A DNA stretch of 63,247 nucleotides, counting the filler, from Octopus bimaculoides (lineage: Eukaryota), in assembly GCF_001194135.2 (NCBI RefSeq). It is 4 parts of 3 records of this genome, joined end to end, with 100 filler letters (N's around TTAATTAATTAA, not from the genome) between each part and the next. Parts side by side here need not be neighbours in the genome. Positions count along the whole stretch, not along the records: positions 1 to 14,231 come from NC_068997.1; positions 14,332 to 41,166 come from NC_068990.1; 2 more parts are not named here. The stretch is one strand, 5' to 3'. Positions within the stretch are counted from its first letter, which is position 1, and every line of letters begins with the position of its first letter. Made by a program: the position numbers and the translations under genes. The notes beneath the pieces are model-generated. The model was not told the origin of the DNA, did no database searches, and saw only the letters and a program-made list of their open reading frames with translations. Below are positions 11,766-25,135 of the stretch, in pieces.

Positions 11766-12225
11766 AAGCGGCGAGCTGGCAGAAACGTTAGCACGTCGGG
11801 CGAAATTCTTAGCGATATTTCGTCCGTCTTTACGTTCTGAATTCAAATTCCGCCGAGGTTGACTTTACCATTCATCCTTTTGGGGTCGATAAATTAAGTA
11901 CCAGTTGAGTACTGGAGTCAATATAATCGACCAGCCCCCTCCCCTCAAATTTCAGGCCTTATACCTTTAGCAGAAAGGATTATTATTATTATTATTATTA
12001 TTATTACCGAAGCGGTAAGCTGGCTGATTCGATAGCACGTTGGATGAAATGGTTAGCGGCATTTCACCCGTCTTTACGTTCTGAGTTCAAATTCCGCCGA
12101 GATATACTTTGCCTTTCATCCTTTCGAGGTCGATAAATTAAGTAACAGTTGCGTACTGGAGTCGATATAATGGACTAGCTCCCTCCCCTCAAAGTTCAAG
12201 CCTTGTGCCTATAGTAGAAAAGATC
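11766..12225 (+). mobile_element. Two head-to-tail SINE family A copies joined by (ATT)n
   Basis: Heads at 11766 (gcggcgagctggcagaaacgttagc) and 12009. Both have the B box gttcaaattcc and the shared core. Confidence 0.9.
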
Positions 12226-12299
12226 ATTGGTGGGGCCGATGTAACCGACATCCCATTCTGCAAAATTTCTGACCTTGTGCCAAAATATATATGTGTGTC

Positions 12300-12475
12300 T
12301 GTTTGAGTGTCTGTCTTTGTCCCCCCCCCTCCCCATCGCTTAACAACAGATGTTGGTGTGTTTATGTCCCCATAACTTAGCAGTTCGGTAAAAAAAAACG
12401 ATAGAATAAGTACTATGCTTACAAAGAATAAGTCCTGGGGCCGCAGTCAAATGACTGCAATAAAAGCATAAAAGA
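12300..12475 (+). mobile_element. SINE family B 3' half
   Basis: gtctttgtccccc..atcgcttaacaacagatgttggtgtgtttatgtccccataacttagc..gatagaataagtactatgcttacaaagaataagtcctgggg. Confidence 0.8.
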
Positions 12476-12523
12476 ATATATATATATATATATGTTGGTG
12501 GGTGGGGGCGTGTGTTTGTATGG

Positions 12524-12593
<70 letters not shown>

Positions 12594-13645
12594 TTACGAT
12601 ATTTTAGGTGTGCGAGATCTATATATCGAAGTAGATATTAATAACTGCGATGTAGTTTGAGCAACGTGTATGTTGATTTGTGTTTATAACTGTAAGTGGT
12701 ATACAAGATCGTATTTTTCAGTGTAATTGTGATTAGATATGCATGAGAGCTTTGATAGTAATAGACCACCAACATAAACACACAAACACACACACACACA
12801 CACGCACACGCACACGCCAACCAACCAACCAAGCGCCATTAATGCGCCCACGCGCGCGCAAACATGAACACTACGCGGAAGTTAAACATATTCATATACA
12901 TACACAAAAATGTATGCATAACCATTAATGCAGAAGAGTTTGTTTATATGTGATTATACGTGATTGTATGTGCTCGTGAGTGTGTATGTGCGTGTGTGCG
13001 TGTGTGTGTATTTGTGTGTGTGCGTGTGAGTGCGTGTGTGTCCAGCTAAGGACTAATCTATTTGGCTATGTATTATTGTTTCTGGACATGTTTATAGACC
13101 GTGATCATCTAAGTTTATGGTCAAATACTAGCATAATTTCATATGCTTCGGTACACACACACACACACACACATACATGCACATACACAGTCACACACAG
13201 ATACGTACGCATACGCACAGACACACTGACACGCAAAGGCACGCATTATTACACACACACACACACACATTAACGCATACAGAGACCCTTAGGCATGTTC
13301 AAATAGAAAGACGCGCGTACGCATGCCATGACATACGTGTACGTGCGTGATTTTGTGTTCTTGCGTGTGCGTAATCGCGTACACATATTTACACTTTCAT
13401 AAAATTCCTTGAATAAATACACACACATACGTACACACACAAATACATACATACATACATACATACATACATAGACACACATTCAATATATATAGATATA
13501 TATACATACACACACACACAAATGCAAATACACTCGCGAATAAATGTATGCGTGTGTATACCAATGGACTCAGTTGCGTATATAAATCATTTTCGGCATT
13601 TCCTACAGGTGTGTGTGTATGTGTGTGCGTGTGCGTATATGTTAA

Positions 13646-13706
<61 letters not shown>

Positions 13707-13790
13707 ATCTTGGAGCTGGCACGTGTGTAGGGATGATATTTTTTTCTTCGATCTGGGCAATAAATCTGACAAACTATATACATTCCTGCA

Positions 13791-13831
<41 letters not shown>

Positions 13832-14200
13832 CTTATATAGATGCATACATCCATGTGCTTACGTACAAACTGGTGTACATTAATTTTTGATCATGTATTA
13901 ATAATTATTTTCTTATGGATGTAACCGTATTTGTCTTTCTGATTCTTACCAAATCTATTGGTTTCTTTTCGGTGTCCAGCAACGTTTATATATGCTTGTG
14001 TCTATATCTATTACAACTATGTATACCTATGTCTAGTTATATCATTATCTATCTATCTATCAAACTATCTCTGTACATGTGTGCGTGTGTACACACACAC
14101 ACACCCACACACACACACAGATATTAAGTATGGGACTTAGGAAGCCTATCTCTCTATCTGTGTCGACGTCCCGCATGCTTACACACTCAGCACACTAAAC

Positions 14201-14231
<31 letters not shown>

Positions 14232-14331
14232 NNNNNNNNNNNNNNNNNNNNNNNNNNNNNNNNNNNNNNNNNNNNTTAATTAATTAANNNNNNNNNNNNN
14301 NNNNNNNNNNNNNNNNNNNNNNNNNNNNNNN
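14232..14331. other. Artificial 100-nt scaffold join N44-TTAATTAATTAA-N44 (also 41167-41266, 62035-62134)
   Basis: An identical 12-mer with stops in all six frames, flanked by exactly 44 N on each side, occurs three times. Confidence 0.9.
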
Positions 14332-14370
<39 letters not shown>

Positions 14371-15302
14371 CATTTGTCTATCCTATACATATATAGAAGA
14401 GACACCTTCGTTGGAAACTCTTATGTAGTTTGGAATAGCATAGGGCAAGTTTTATATTTCTGTATTTATTTCTTCCTTTATAATTTGTCTTAATTCTATA
14501 GAATTTGCTCGAAACTTTACAAGAGAAGAAAAGCAACCAGCGATATTGACAAACAGACAATATGACACCACGGGTATTCGATCCTTTGACTCCATCAACA
14601 GCTGAGCATGATAGAGACTGACTCTTATTTGCCCCAAAAATATGCAACTGCCTGTGTATATGAGTAAGAAAGAAAGCGACGAAGCGAACGTAAGAGGGAA
14701 AGATACGGAGATTGTGAGAGTAACAGGAAAATAGAAGAGGCTGAGAAAGTAATAAAAGATGTGCAAGAGAGAGAGAGAGAGAGAGTAAATGAGGGTTTGT
14801 ATTCTGGGCATAAGTCTAATTTTCGAGTCTGAACAGGTTCCACACTCTAGTAAAGCCTTTGGGTCCTACAAGCGTCAGACTTGTGTCACCCCGACTGAAA
14901 AGCAGAATATCTGTATACCTTTATTCACTCCCGCACACTTTCCAATACCTCCATTCACATATTCCTTTGCATACGTTGGTATAGCTCGAGCAAGATACAT
15001 ATATATATGTGTGCGCGTGTGCGTACGTGTGTGTGCGTGTGTGTGTGCACAGAGAGAGATAGGGGGAGAGAAAGTGATAGGTAGATAGAACGATAGATAA
15101 GTATAGGATAGATATACACATAATATGCATATATATGTATATATATGTGTGTCTTTGTGTGTGTGTATATGTGTGTGCGCGTGTGCTTGTAAATATATAT
15201 GTATATATAATATATATGTATATATAATATATATGTATTTATAATATATATGTATTTTTGCGTGTATGCAAATCTGCAGATATATATGTATATCTATCTC
15301 TC

Positions 15303-15359
<57 letters not shown>

Positions 15360-15565
15360 GTGTATGTGTGTATCTTTATAAACACACACCCAGTCCCATG
15401 CACACACACGTATATGCATTTGAATGTGTATATTTATGTTTTGTGACTGTACATCATACGGCGACACTCACACTCACACATACACATACATACTTATGCA
15501 TGTGTCTTTATGTGTGTGCCTGCGTGTGTTGTGTTGTGAGTGTGTGTGTGTTGTGTTGTGTGTGT

Positions 15566-15604
<39 letters not shown>

Positions 15605-16173
15605 GAGAAGCAACATAGATATTTATGTACTCATGCGGTTATTGTATGTGTTAATGTTAGTATTATCCGTGGTAGCTATTTTTATACATGCTGTGGTAGC
15701 AAAATTTCCTATCTATCATAGTCGCCACTATAAAGGACATGTAAGACCTTGCTTGGTTGAGTTTGTCAATGCGGTTTCGACTCACATGTGCGGCCATATA
15801 CTTTTCTTTTTCTCAACAACTTTTTATTTGTTTAACCGGACTGTTCCATAAACCAATTTCTCTACCTTATATGAATCTGGATTTTAAAACATAACCCTGG
15901 TTAGTTGACTGAAACAGGCCGAAAAATGAAACAACTAATACTTTCATGTACTGATTCTACTTCAACTTCAATGCATTATGCTGAAGCTCACTACCTTGTG
16001 GATCAGAGTTCAAATCCCATTCTTTTACCTTTTCATATTTTTGGGGCCAATCAAAATGCAATATGTATTTCGGTGATATTTAAACATTTTATAAAGAACA
16101 AAACGTAAAATCATGTTCGGACAACTTATTAATTAATTAATTAATTAATTAATTAATTAATCAATTAATTAAC

Positions 16174-16593
16174 GTAGGAGTGGCTGTGTGGTAAGTAGCT
16201 TGTTTACCAACCACACGGTTCCGGGTTCAGTCCCACTGCGTGGCATCTTGGGCAAGTGTCTTCTACTATAGCCTCGGGCCGACCAAAGCCTTGTGAGTGG
16301 ATTTGGTAGACGGAAACTGAAAGAAACCCGTCGTATATATGTATATANNNNNNNNNNNNNNNNNNNNNNNNNNNNNNNNNNNNNNNNNNNNNNNNNNNNN
16401 NNNNNNNNNNNNNNNNNNNNNNNNNNNNNNNNNNNNNNNNNNNNNNNNNNNNNNNNNNNNNNNNNNNNNNNNNNNNNNNNNNNNNNNNNNNNNNNNNNNN
16501 NNNNNNNNNNNNNNNNNNNNNNNNNNNNNNNNNNNNNNNNNNNNNNNNNNNNNNNNNNNNNNNNNNNNNNNNNNNNNNNNNNNNNNNNNNNNN

Positions 16594-16634
<41 letters not shown>

Positions 16635-16862
16635 ATGCATGTATGTGTGTATGTACTTGTGAGTCTGTGTTTGTCCCGCCAACATCGCTTGACAACCGAT
16701 GCTGGTGTGTTTACGTCCCCGTAACTAAGTGGTTCGGCAAAATGGACCGATATAATAAGTACTAGGCTTGCAAAGAATAAGTCCTGGGTTGATTTGCTCG
16801 ACTAAAGGTGGTGCTCCAGCATGGCCACAGTCAAAAGACTGAAACAAGTAAATGAGTGTATT
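16174..16862 (+). mobile_element. Full-length SINE family B with internal microsatellite (gap inside)
   Basis: Head aggagtggctgtgtggtaagtagc..ccgggttcagtcccactgcgtggc (A/B boxes), then (TA)n, an N gap and (TG)n, then the tail ending gactgaaacaagtaaatgag. Confidence 0.92.
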
Positions 16863-16914
16863 GAAATAACAGTGCGCGTCTTGTTGGTTGAATATACTTC
16901 TAAATGTACAATAA

Positions 16915-17065
16915 ATCAACCCCAGGACTTAATTTTTGGGGGTGAGGAGGCCTAGTACTTATTCTATCGGTCTTTTTGCCGAACTGCTGCGTTACGGGAA
17001 CATAAACACATAAACACACCAACACCGGTTGTCAAGCGATGATGGTGGGGGGGACAAACATGACA
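16915..17065 (-). mobile_element. SINE family B 3' half, inverted relative to 16665-16800
   Basis: aaatcaaccccaggact..ggcctagtacttattctatcggtctttttgccgaac..ccggttgtcaagcgatg..gggacaaaca. Confidence 0.85.
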
Positions 17066-17820
17066 CACAAACATGAACATATATATATATTTTTTTAGTA
17101 AGTTTAAGGTTTTATATTACAATGACACGACGATTTTGATAAGACTAAATCAATAGTAGTATTTTAGTTTATTTCATAATATTATTTAATTTACGACTAT
17201 TAATATTTTTATTTATTTATTATATATTAGAATTTAATATTTATTAATANNNNNNNNNNNNNNNNNNNNNNNNNNNNNNNNNNNNNNNNNNNNNNNNNNN
17301 NNNNNNNNNNNNNNNNNNNNNNNNNNNNNNNNNNNNNNNNNNNNNNNNNNNNNNNNNNNNNNNNNNNNNNNNNNNNNNNNNNNNNNNNNNNNNNNNNNNN
17401 NNNNNNNNNNNNNNNNNNNNNNNNNNNNNNNNNNNNNNNNNNNNNNNNNNNNNNNNNNNNNNNNNNNNNNNNNNNNNNNNNNNNNNNNNNNNNNNNNNNN
17501 NNNNNNNNNNNNNNNNNNNNNNNNNNNNNNNNNNNNNNNNNNNNNNNNNNNNNNNNNNNNNNNNNNNNNNNNNNNNNNNNNNNNNNNNNNNNNNNNNNNN
17601 NNNNNNNNNNNNNNNNNNNNNNNNNNNNNNNNNNNNNNNNNNNNNNNNNNNNNNNNNNNNNNNNNNNNNNNNNNNNNNNNNNNNNNNNNNNNNNNNNNNN
17701 NNNNNNNNNNNNNNNNNNNNNNNNNNNNNNNNNNNNNNNNNNNNNNNNNNNNNNNNNNNNNNNNNNNNNNNNNNNNNNNNNNNNNNNNNNNNNNNNNNNN
17801 NNNNNNNNNNNNNNNNNNNN

Positions 17821-17871
<51 letters not shown>

Positions 17872-18617
17872 CACGCACACATATACATATATATATATAC
17901 ATACATATGTATACACAAACACACACAGATATATACATATATGTACATACAAATATATATGTTTGTGTGGGGAGGGATGTGTTATGATTAACAACCATTG
18001 ATATAACTAATGGAAATTATAATGAATTATAATAAAGAATCTACCCGCAGTGCCGCAGTGATTTTTACGTCTACATTATATATTAAGCAAAATTAATCTA
18101 TAAAGCTAAGTGATATGTATTACAATCTTATTCAGTGAGTATAGAGCACAAAATAAGCATAGTGAGATGAAATTTTCAGTGTACTTTAATACACCAGTGA
18201 TTATATTCTCCAGTATTGATATTAGTTTGTAGTTATACTTTCAGATCGATTCAATAGATTATATATCTCTACATTATCTAGTGTGAAATCGAAAGAAATC
18301 AATATTGTTTTACTTTTTTAATTTTTCTATTTGCCTCTCTGTGTCATGCATTGCATAGCAATAAGTAAGCTTCTGGCCAGTTCAAACTAAGATCTCCGAT
18401 TTCAATTTCTTGTTTTTCAACAAATGTCTACGAGACATATCATTTGTAACACATACTTTTATGATATATGTGTTGTACAGTAAATGTTTTGCGATATACA
18501 TACTGTAAAATATATATTTTAACTTCCTTAGAAAAGCAGAAGAGCTCTTCTTGCGTGCACACATGTGTGTATGTGTGTGTGTACGTATATACGTATGTAT
18601 GTATGCATGCATATATG

Positions 18618-18668
<51 letters not shown>

Positions 18669-18682
18669 GTGTGTGTGTGTGC

Positions 18683-18721
<39 letters not shown>

Positions 18722-18831
18722 TATATCGGTCGCACATACATAGTATATGTGCGACAGATAAGGCTTACATTACAAGAGCTACTTTTGAATTCGTAATTAA
18801 ATATATGTATATATATATTACTTGTTTCAGT

Positions 18832-19005
18832 TATTAGACTATGGCCATATTAGGTCACTGCCTTGAAGAATTTTAGTCGAATAAAGCAACACCATTGCTT
18901 GCATTTCTTTAAGCCTGGTACTTATTCACTCGGTCGCTTTTAATAAATCGCTAAGTTATAGGAACGCAAAATGCGCCAACACCGGTTGTCAAGCGGTGGT
19001 GCAGG
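18832..19005 (-). mobile_element. SINE family B 3' half (variant subfamily)
   Basis: ttgtttcagttattagactatggccatattagg..aagcctggtacttattc..caacaccggttgtcaagcggtggtg. Confidence 0.75.
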
Positions 19006-19269
19006 AACAAACACAAACATCAAGGCACGCCAAACACACACACACACACACACATGTATACATTATAAAAAGGAAAAGAATGACTTCTCTGGTAGTTCTA
19101 AAGAATTTAATTTTTTAATAATGTAATTTTACAGTTTGGTTTGTAGATCTAGTATGTTCTTTATTAACTTCGATGCGGAGATTTTTTTTTAAGGATTCCT
19201 TGTTTACTTTTATGGAGAACTTATTCGCATTCGTCGGTGGCGATTGCCAAACAGAGCTCAAGTTTTGAT

Positions 19270-21310
19270 GTGCTGTGTGATTCTATATATAAGAATACTC
19301 GCTGAGTCAATGTATGAACATCTGAAAAAAATGGAGTCCTGCCACATGAGCAGAGGTAAGGGTAAGTGCAGAGGTACTAAGGATCAACTCCTGATAGACA
19401 AAACTGTACTTAAAGACTGCAAGAGGAGGAAAAGTAACTTGGAATGTATGAACCTATTTGGTATTGCATCGAATGTTGAGCGATTGCTTGGAAAAAGTAT
19501 GGTGAAATGGAGGACGTAACTGACAGCATACGGAAGAAGTTTAGGGAGAGTAGAAATCAGGAGGGGCATCTTCCAAGGGGTCTGCCTGTACCCACTGATC
19601 TTTTTACTGTGATACATACAACTAACACTGATTCTGAGGAAAGTAAAAGCTGGGTATGTATTCAAAAGCCGCCAACAAAAAGTCAACCATTTGTTATTCA
19701 TGGATGTCCTCAAACTTTATGGTAAAGATGAAGCCCAAGTAAGTTCCCTCGTTGATACGGTGAATACCTTCAGTGCTGATATCAGAATGGAATTCGGACT
19801 GAGAAAGTGTGGTGTGTTAGTCTTGAAGAGAGGCAAAATCAAATGTATGGACAGGCTAACGATACGGTCGGGGGAGGTTATAAAGCAGATAGAAGAGACG
19901 GGTTATAGTACTTGGCTATAGTACAGGCTATAGTACAGATAGGCTATAGTACAGATAGTACAGACTATAGTACAGATAGAAGAGATAGGCTATAAGTACT
20001 TGGGGATTTGGGAAATGGATAAATTGATGGAGAAAGAAATGACAGAAAAATTTAAGGTGGAGTACTTGCGCACACTGAGACTGATTCTTAAGTCGAAATG
20101 AAACGGACGGAATAAGATTGAAACTATCAACACCTGGGCGGTTTCACTCCTTAGATATGGAGCAGGGGCAATCGCATGGACAGTAGACGAACTAAACAGC
20201 TTAGACAGAAAGACAAGGAAGTTGCTAACTAGATATGAGACACTCCACCCAAAATGTGACACAGGCAGACTGTATGTACCAAGAAAAAGAGCGGGGAGCG
20301 GACTTATTGGATGCGAACACAGCATTAGTGCATAAGAAGACAACATAGCATGGTATGTAAAAAATACCACAGAACCGCTGTTATTGGAAGTAAGAAAGCA
20401 AGGCCTGTGTAGGATGGAAAATTGCAAAGATAATTCACTGTAGAAGCAATTGAAAACGAATGAAACTGAAAATAGGTGGGTAAAGAAAAGAATGCGTGGA
20501 CAATTTCATAGGGATGTTAAGATAAGACAGACAGAGAAAAAGATGGCTGTGGGTGAGTGAAAGTGATTTAAAACAGGAAACGGGGGCTCTAATCTGTGCT
20601 GCCCAAGAGCAAACTAGATAAAATACAGAATACACAACACATCAGAAAGTGATAGGTGCAGAATCTGTGGACAAAATAGTGAAACCGTATGGCATATTAC
20701 CAGCCAATGTATGCTACTGGCCCAGAAGGAATATAAGAGACGCCACGACAATATAGGCAGGCTTGTCCATTGGACGCTTTGCAACAAGTATGGAGTACAC
20801 AGAGTAAAACATTCGTACGACCACAAACTCGAACGCTTCATCGAAAATGATAATGCAAAGATCATGTGGGATTTTATGATTCAGTGCGACCATGAGATAG
20901 AGAATAGGAAGCCAGACATAGTCTTAATTGAGAAAGAAAGCAAACTATTCTAGATCATAGATATAGCATGCCCAGCTGACAACAAGGTATGCGATAAGGA
21001 AAAAAGAAAAGTCGATAGATATGACAGGTTAGCTTGAGAGGTAAAGCTGTTGTGGTCGATGAAAAAGGTGAGAGTGGTACCAATAATTGTCGGAGCCCTG
21101 GGAACAGTGAGTAAAATTCTGGGGAACTACATGGAATAAATAGGCGCTGCAATAAGGGAGGAACACTTGTAGAAAACAGCACTGCTTGGAACTGCCTGAA
21201 TACTCCGGAAGGTGCTCGAAAAATAAAGGGTGTTAACCTTAGTTCACTGGTAGTGAACAGCTGACACCGTAGTACATCTCCAGCGTTAGAAGCTGTGCAA
21301 AGCGATGATG

Positions 21311-21383
<73 letters not shown>
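19270..21383 (+). mobile_element. 5'-truncated, decayed R4/Dong-clade non-LTR retrotransposon (RT + CCHC + restriction-like endonuclease) with (TAA)n tail
   Basis: Frameshifted motifs: RGTKDQLLIDKTVLKDCKRRK; RGIFQG..PL; NHLLFMDVLKLYGK; MEFGLRKC; CRICGQNSETVWHITSQC (CCHC); LAQKEYKRRHD; KIMWDFMIQCD..RKPDIVLI..IIDIACPAD (PD-D RLE); VPIIVGALG; KTALLGTA*ILRKVL. The 3' tail is gat/(taa)n at about 21304-21383. Confidence 0.95.
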
Positions 21384-22572
21384 GCTGTGAAGGAATGAAA
21401 GTGTCACCGTTTCAGACCGTTTCTTCTTTGCCATGATAAATGTAAGCAGAAGAGAGAAGCTATTCATATAGAGGGGAAAAAATCTTGCGTGTATTTATGG
21501 AAGTATCAGCATGGTGACTAGTGATGGAAAAGAAATAATCGGGAGTGATTAGTTTGGAGTAGATGAGAAAGCATGGAATGGCGGTTCAATGCCTCACCTA
21601 CAATGAAGGAATTCGGTATGGGGGAACCAGTAGCGAATGCGTGTGTATGTAAGATTATATGTATGGAAGGGGGGCGTGGGAATGTACGTGAGAGTGAGAA
21701 GTATGTGTCAGAGTATGCGGAGTAGATGAAAACAGAAGCGATTTTGGTGTGAATGCCGGCTGATATTGACTTAATAAGATGAACAGCTAACAGATAGGTG
21801 GAAAAATTGGGTGAAGAAAAACACCAGTTTCTATTAATTGGACGGATGGATGGATGGATGGATAGTAAGTGTTGTAAAGTACATGTATGGATACTTATTA
21901 GTTGTTCGGCTATAAATACTTTTCGGAAAGATTGTGAACAAGCAAAAAAAAAAGGTAAGTATAGTTCGCAAGAGATTGGAAATGAGAGACTGTTCTGTTA
22001 TTGTACGAGCCAGCAAATAGTGAAATAAATGTACGAGCGACCAGGATAATTAAAATGGCAGACGATAGGCGCAAGAGATCCGTTACTATTTCGTCGGACG
22101 TCTAACAAATACTCGCAAAAGCAGTCGGATGTATGAGTGTTTAAATAAGTTTGTATGACGCATAGACAAGCCAATATATATATGTGTGAACATAGCAAAT
22201 GGAGGAAAACTTATGATAATCATAAGTTTATATCATATGTTTCCTATGTACGTTTCATTGCTTGGGGCCTCTACATTGGATATTCCAAGTGCAATTGGAT
22301 CTTTAACCAAAACATGTTATCAGGGAGGTTTAAATTGAACAGTACCAATCATACATTTAATTTTCACACATATACATCAGTTAAATCATTCACACACAAG
22401 CAATGGCGTACCATGTATGCACACATACGTGCGCAGATGCATTCTTATCTGCATAATATATGACTATCTGGTTGATGTTTAGGTTTTAATTAAAGGGCTT
22501 TGATGCTGAGTTGAAAACGTTTCTTTCTTAATGCATGAGAAATTTTAGAAATACAATGGAGATAATACAAAC

Positions 22573-22621
<49 letters not shown>

Positions 22622-23014
22622 GCATATATACACAATACACGCATACATACATACATACATACATACATACATACATACATACATACATACAAAAAAGTTA
22701 AACGATTAAACACGGAAGAGACATACGTACATACATACATATATATATATATATACATACATGCATACATACACACATACATGCATACATACATACACAC
22801 ATACATACAGACAGACAGACAGATTCAAAAACAAAACAAAAAACAAAGAAACACAAGGACAAAGAAATAAACAACAACAACAGTACAATCAGCATTGTAA
22901 TTTTCCGTGTTATTCTAAATTATTCTGATGAATTTTCTGTATAAGGCAACAGTAGCCAGCGGAAGTGGTGAGAATGTATAACAAACACTGATAGTGTTGA
23001 TTCTATGATCTCTC

Positions 23015-23071
<57 letters not shown>

Positions 23072-23899
23072 ATATTATTAGTATTATGAAAAATTAAGTT
23101 AGTGGCGGGGTGCATTGGAGATGATTAGGGTGGGGTGTGTTTCATGAAAATCAATATTCTTCAATTTTCAAATGAAAATATGAACAAATAAATTTCATTA
23201 TTGAAGTTAAAGCACTGAATTACCTCTGTCTAATAGGAATATTTCATCTTTGATGGTGATATTGTTTGTGAGGGTAAGGTGTGAGGGGTAAGGTGTGAGA
23301 GAAAGAATGGGTTTACTTGATGGTGGGGTGAGTGCTGTCTGTAGACGATAGTGGCGGCGGCGGCGCTTAAGGGGACAGAGGCAGTGGCGGCGGCGACGGT
23401 GGGAGCTGCGGTATCGGTGGCATCGGTGGTGGGAACGGTGGTGGTGGGAGCAACGGCATTAATAGTGACGATAGTGATAGTAGTAGTGGTGATGGGGCTG
23501 TGGTGGTGGTGGTGATAGAGGTAGTAGTGGTGATGATGGTGGTTGTGGTTATAGAGGGTTATGATGATGGTAATGCTTGTAGCCATGATTGTAGCCCTTG
23601 ATGGTGACGATGATGGTGATGAAAGTGGAGGTCGTAGTTGTCATGGTGTGTTGTGGTGGTGGTGGTTATATTTTTGTATATACTTTCAAGTATCTATTTG
23701 CTGCTGCTGCTGCTGCTTCACTATGAAATCGTTTATCCAACCTAACAAGAACTTTTGGTCAGATCTAGTTACAGTTCTCACCTGGCTGGGCACTGATTTT
23801 TAACAGTTTCAATCGTGTCAAAGATAACGACAATTTCTCACCTGGATAGCTTGTATTGACATAACTTTCGTTTTAACGCGATATTTTATCAAAGACGCC

Positions 23900-24130
23900 T
23901 ATAGCTCTAACCTGGCTTGGATAGTTTATATGGAAGGTATTGATAATTACGTTTTCTGACAGGAAATCTTGGTATAGACCAAGAACAAGATAGCTGGATA
24001 ATATCCATAGCCTCATTTGATCACCCTTAGGAATCCAACCGGAAAGATTAATGACAGTTGCTTCTGAGAGAATTGTATGGAGGAGGTGCCTAAGGAATCT
24101 ACCCCCACGATCATCCAAGGAATGGAGAAA
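23900..24130 (+). mobile_element. RTE-clade (Rex3/Expander-like) LINE 3' end remnant
   Basis: One frame reads WKVLIITFSDRKSWYRPRTR*LDNIHSLI*SPLGIQPERLMTVASERIVWRRCLRNLPPR. This resembles the RTE C-terminus GRPRTRW.D...LGI..E.L..VA.ER.VW..LL..LPPR. Confidence 0.7.
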
Positions 24131-24155
24131 AGGGAGAGACGGATACTCTTTTACT

Positions 24156-24541
24156 CTTTTACTCTTTTACTTGTTTCAGTCATTTGACTGTGGCCATGCT
24201 GGAGCACCACCTTTAGTCGAGCAAATCGACCCCAGGACTTATTCTTTGGGAGCCGAGTACTTATTTTATCGGTCTCTTTTGCCGAACCGCTACACCAGCA
24301 TCGGTTGTCAAGTGATGTTGGGGGGACAAACACAGACACGCAAACATATACACATACATACACATATATACATATATACGACAGGCTTCTTTCAGTTTCC
24401 GTCTACCAAATCCACTCACAAGACTTTAGTCGGCCCGAGGCTATAGTAGAAGATACTTGCCCAAGGTGCCACACAGTGGGACTGAACCCGGAACCATGTG
24501 GTTGGTAAGCGAGCTACTTACCACACAGCCACTCCTACGCC
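24156..24541 (-). mobile_element. Full-length SINE family B
   Basis: Reverse complement of the 16174 element: head at the 24541 end, internal (CA/TA)n, tail (ctctttta)n at 24146-24170. Confidence 0.92.
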
Positions 24542-24899
24542 TATATTTACTGGTAGTAGAAAAATTCCTCTGGATTTTGCATATTTGCATAATTGGATGA
24601 AGACAGGATGTCTAAATTTACAAATGGGTTACTGAATGTACCCTTCTTAAAACTTGAATACTTTCTTTATTTTTGTACGATGATCTCGTTAACGCTACTG
24701 TGCTAATTTCACAACGACAAGACACTACCAGATACAGTGCTCGTTTTTGCGATCTGAGTAAACTGGAGCAATGGGAAGTAAAGAACCTTGCTCAAGAATA
24801 CAGCACCTGCTGGACAAGAAAACAAGTTTAAAAGAGAAGATATTATGATCAAGAACCAATTGCCGAACTGCTAGACAACGCATGTTCTAAGAATATTGG

Positions 24900-25135
24900 T
24901 TGAGTTCTACTCCGTGTTATATACTCCAGCAAGGCAGCGTATTGGCAGATTAACGTGCCGGACGAAATGCTTTGCGGGATTTCTTCCAGATCTTTACTCT
25001 CTGATTTAAAAATTAACAGAGGTTTTCTTTGCCTTACATCCTCTGGGGGTCGATAAAAATAAGTACCAGTCAAGTACTGGTAAAGATGTAACCATCTTGA
25101 GCTCACATCTCAATGCTGGTTTTCTGCCAAAATTA
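24900..25135 (-). mobile_element. SINE family A, diverged
   Basis: ccggacgaaatgc..ggggtcgataaaaataagtaccagtcaagtactgg..gctggttttctgccaaaattagaaa. Confidence 0.7.

Noticed and set aside
14276-14287. Conserved TTAATTAATTAA motif occurring three times
   Set aside because: Each is centred in exactly 44+44 N. It is a synthetic six-frame-stop scaffold spacer, not biology.
14502-14573. Exon-like segments: EFARNFTREEKQPAILTNRQYDTT here, also 42759-42785, 47565-47629 and about 56820-56940
   Set aside because: One splice site is weak in each case and no peptide is recognisable. These cannot be told apart from chance without RNA data.
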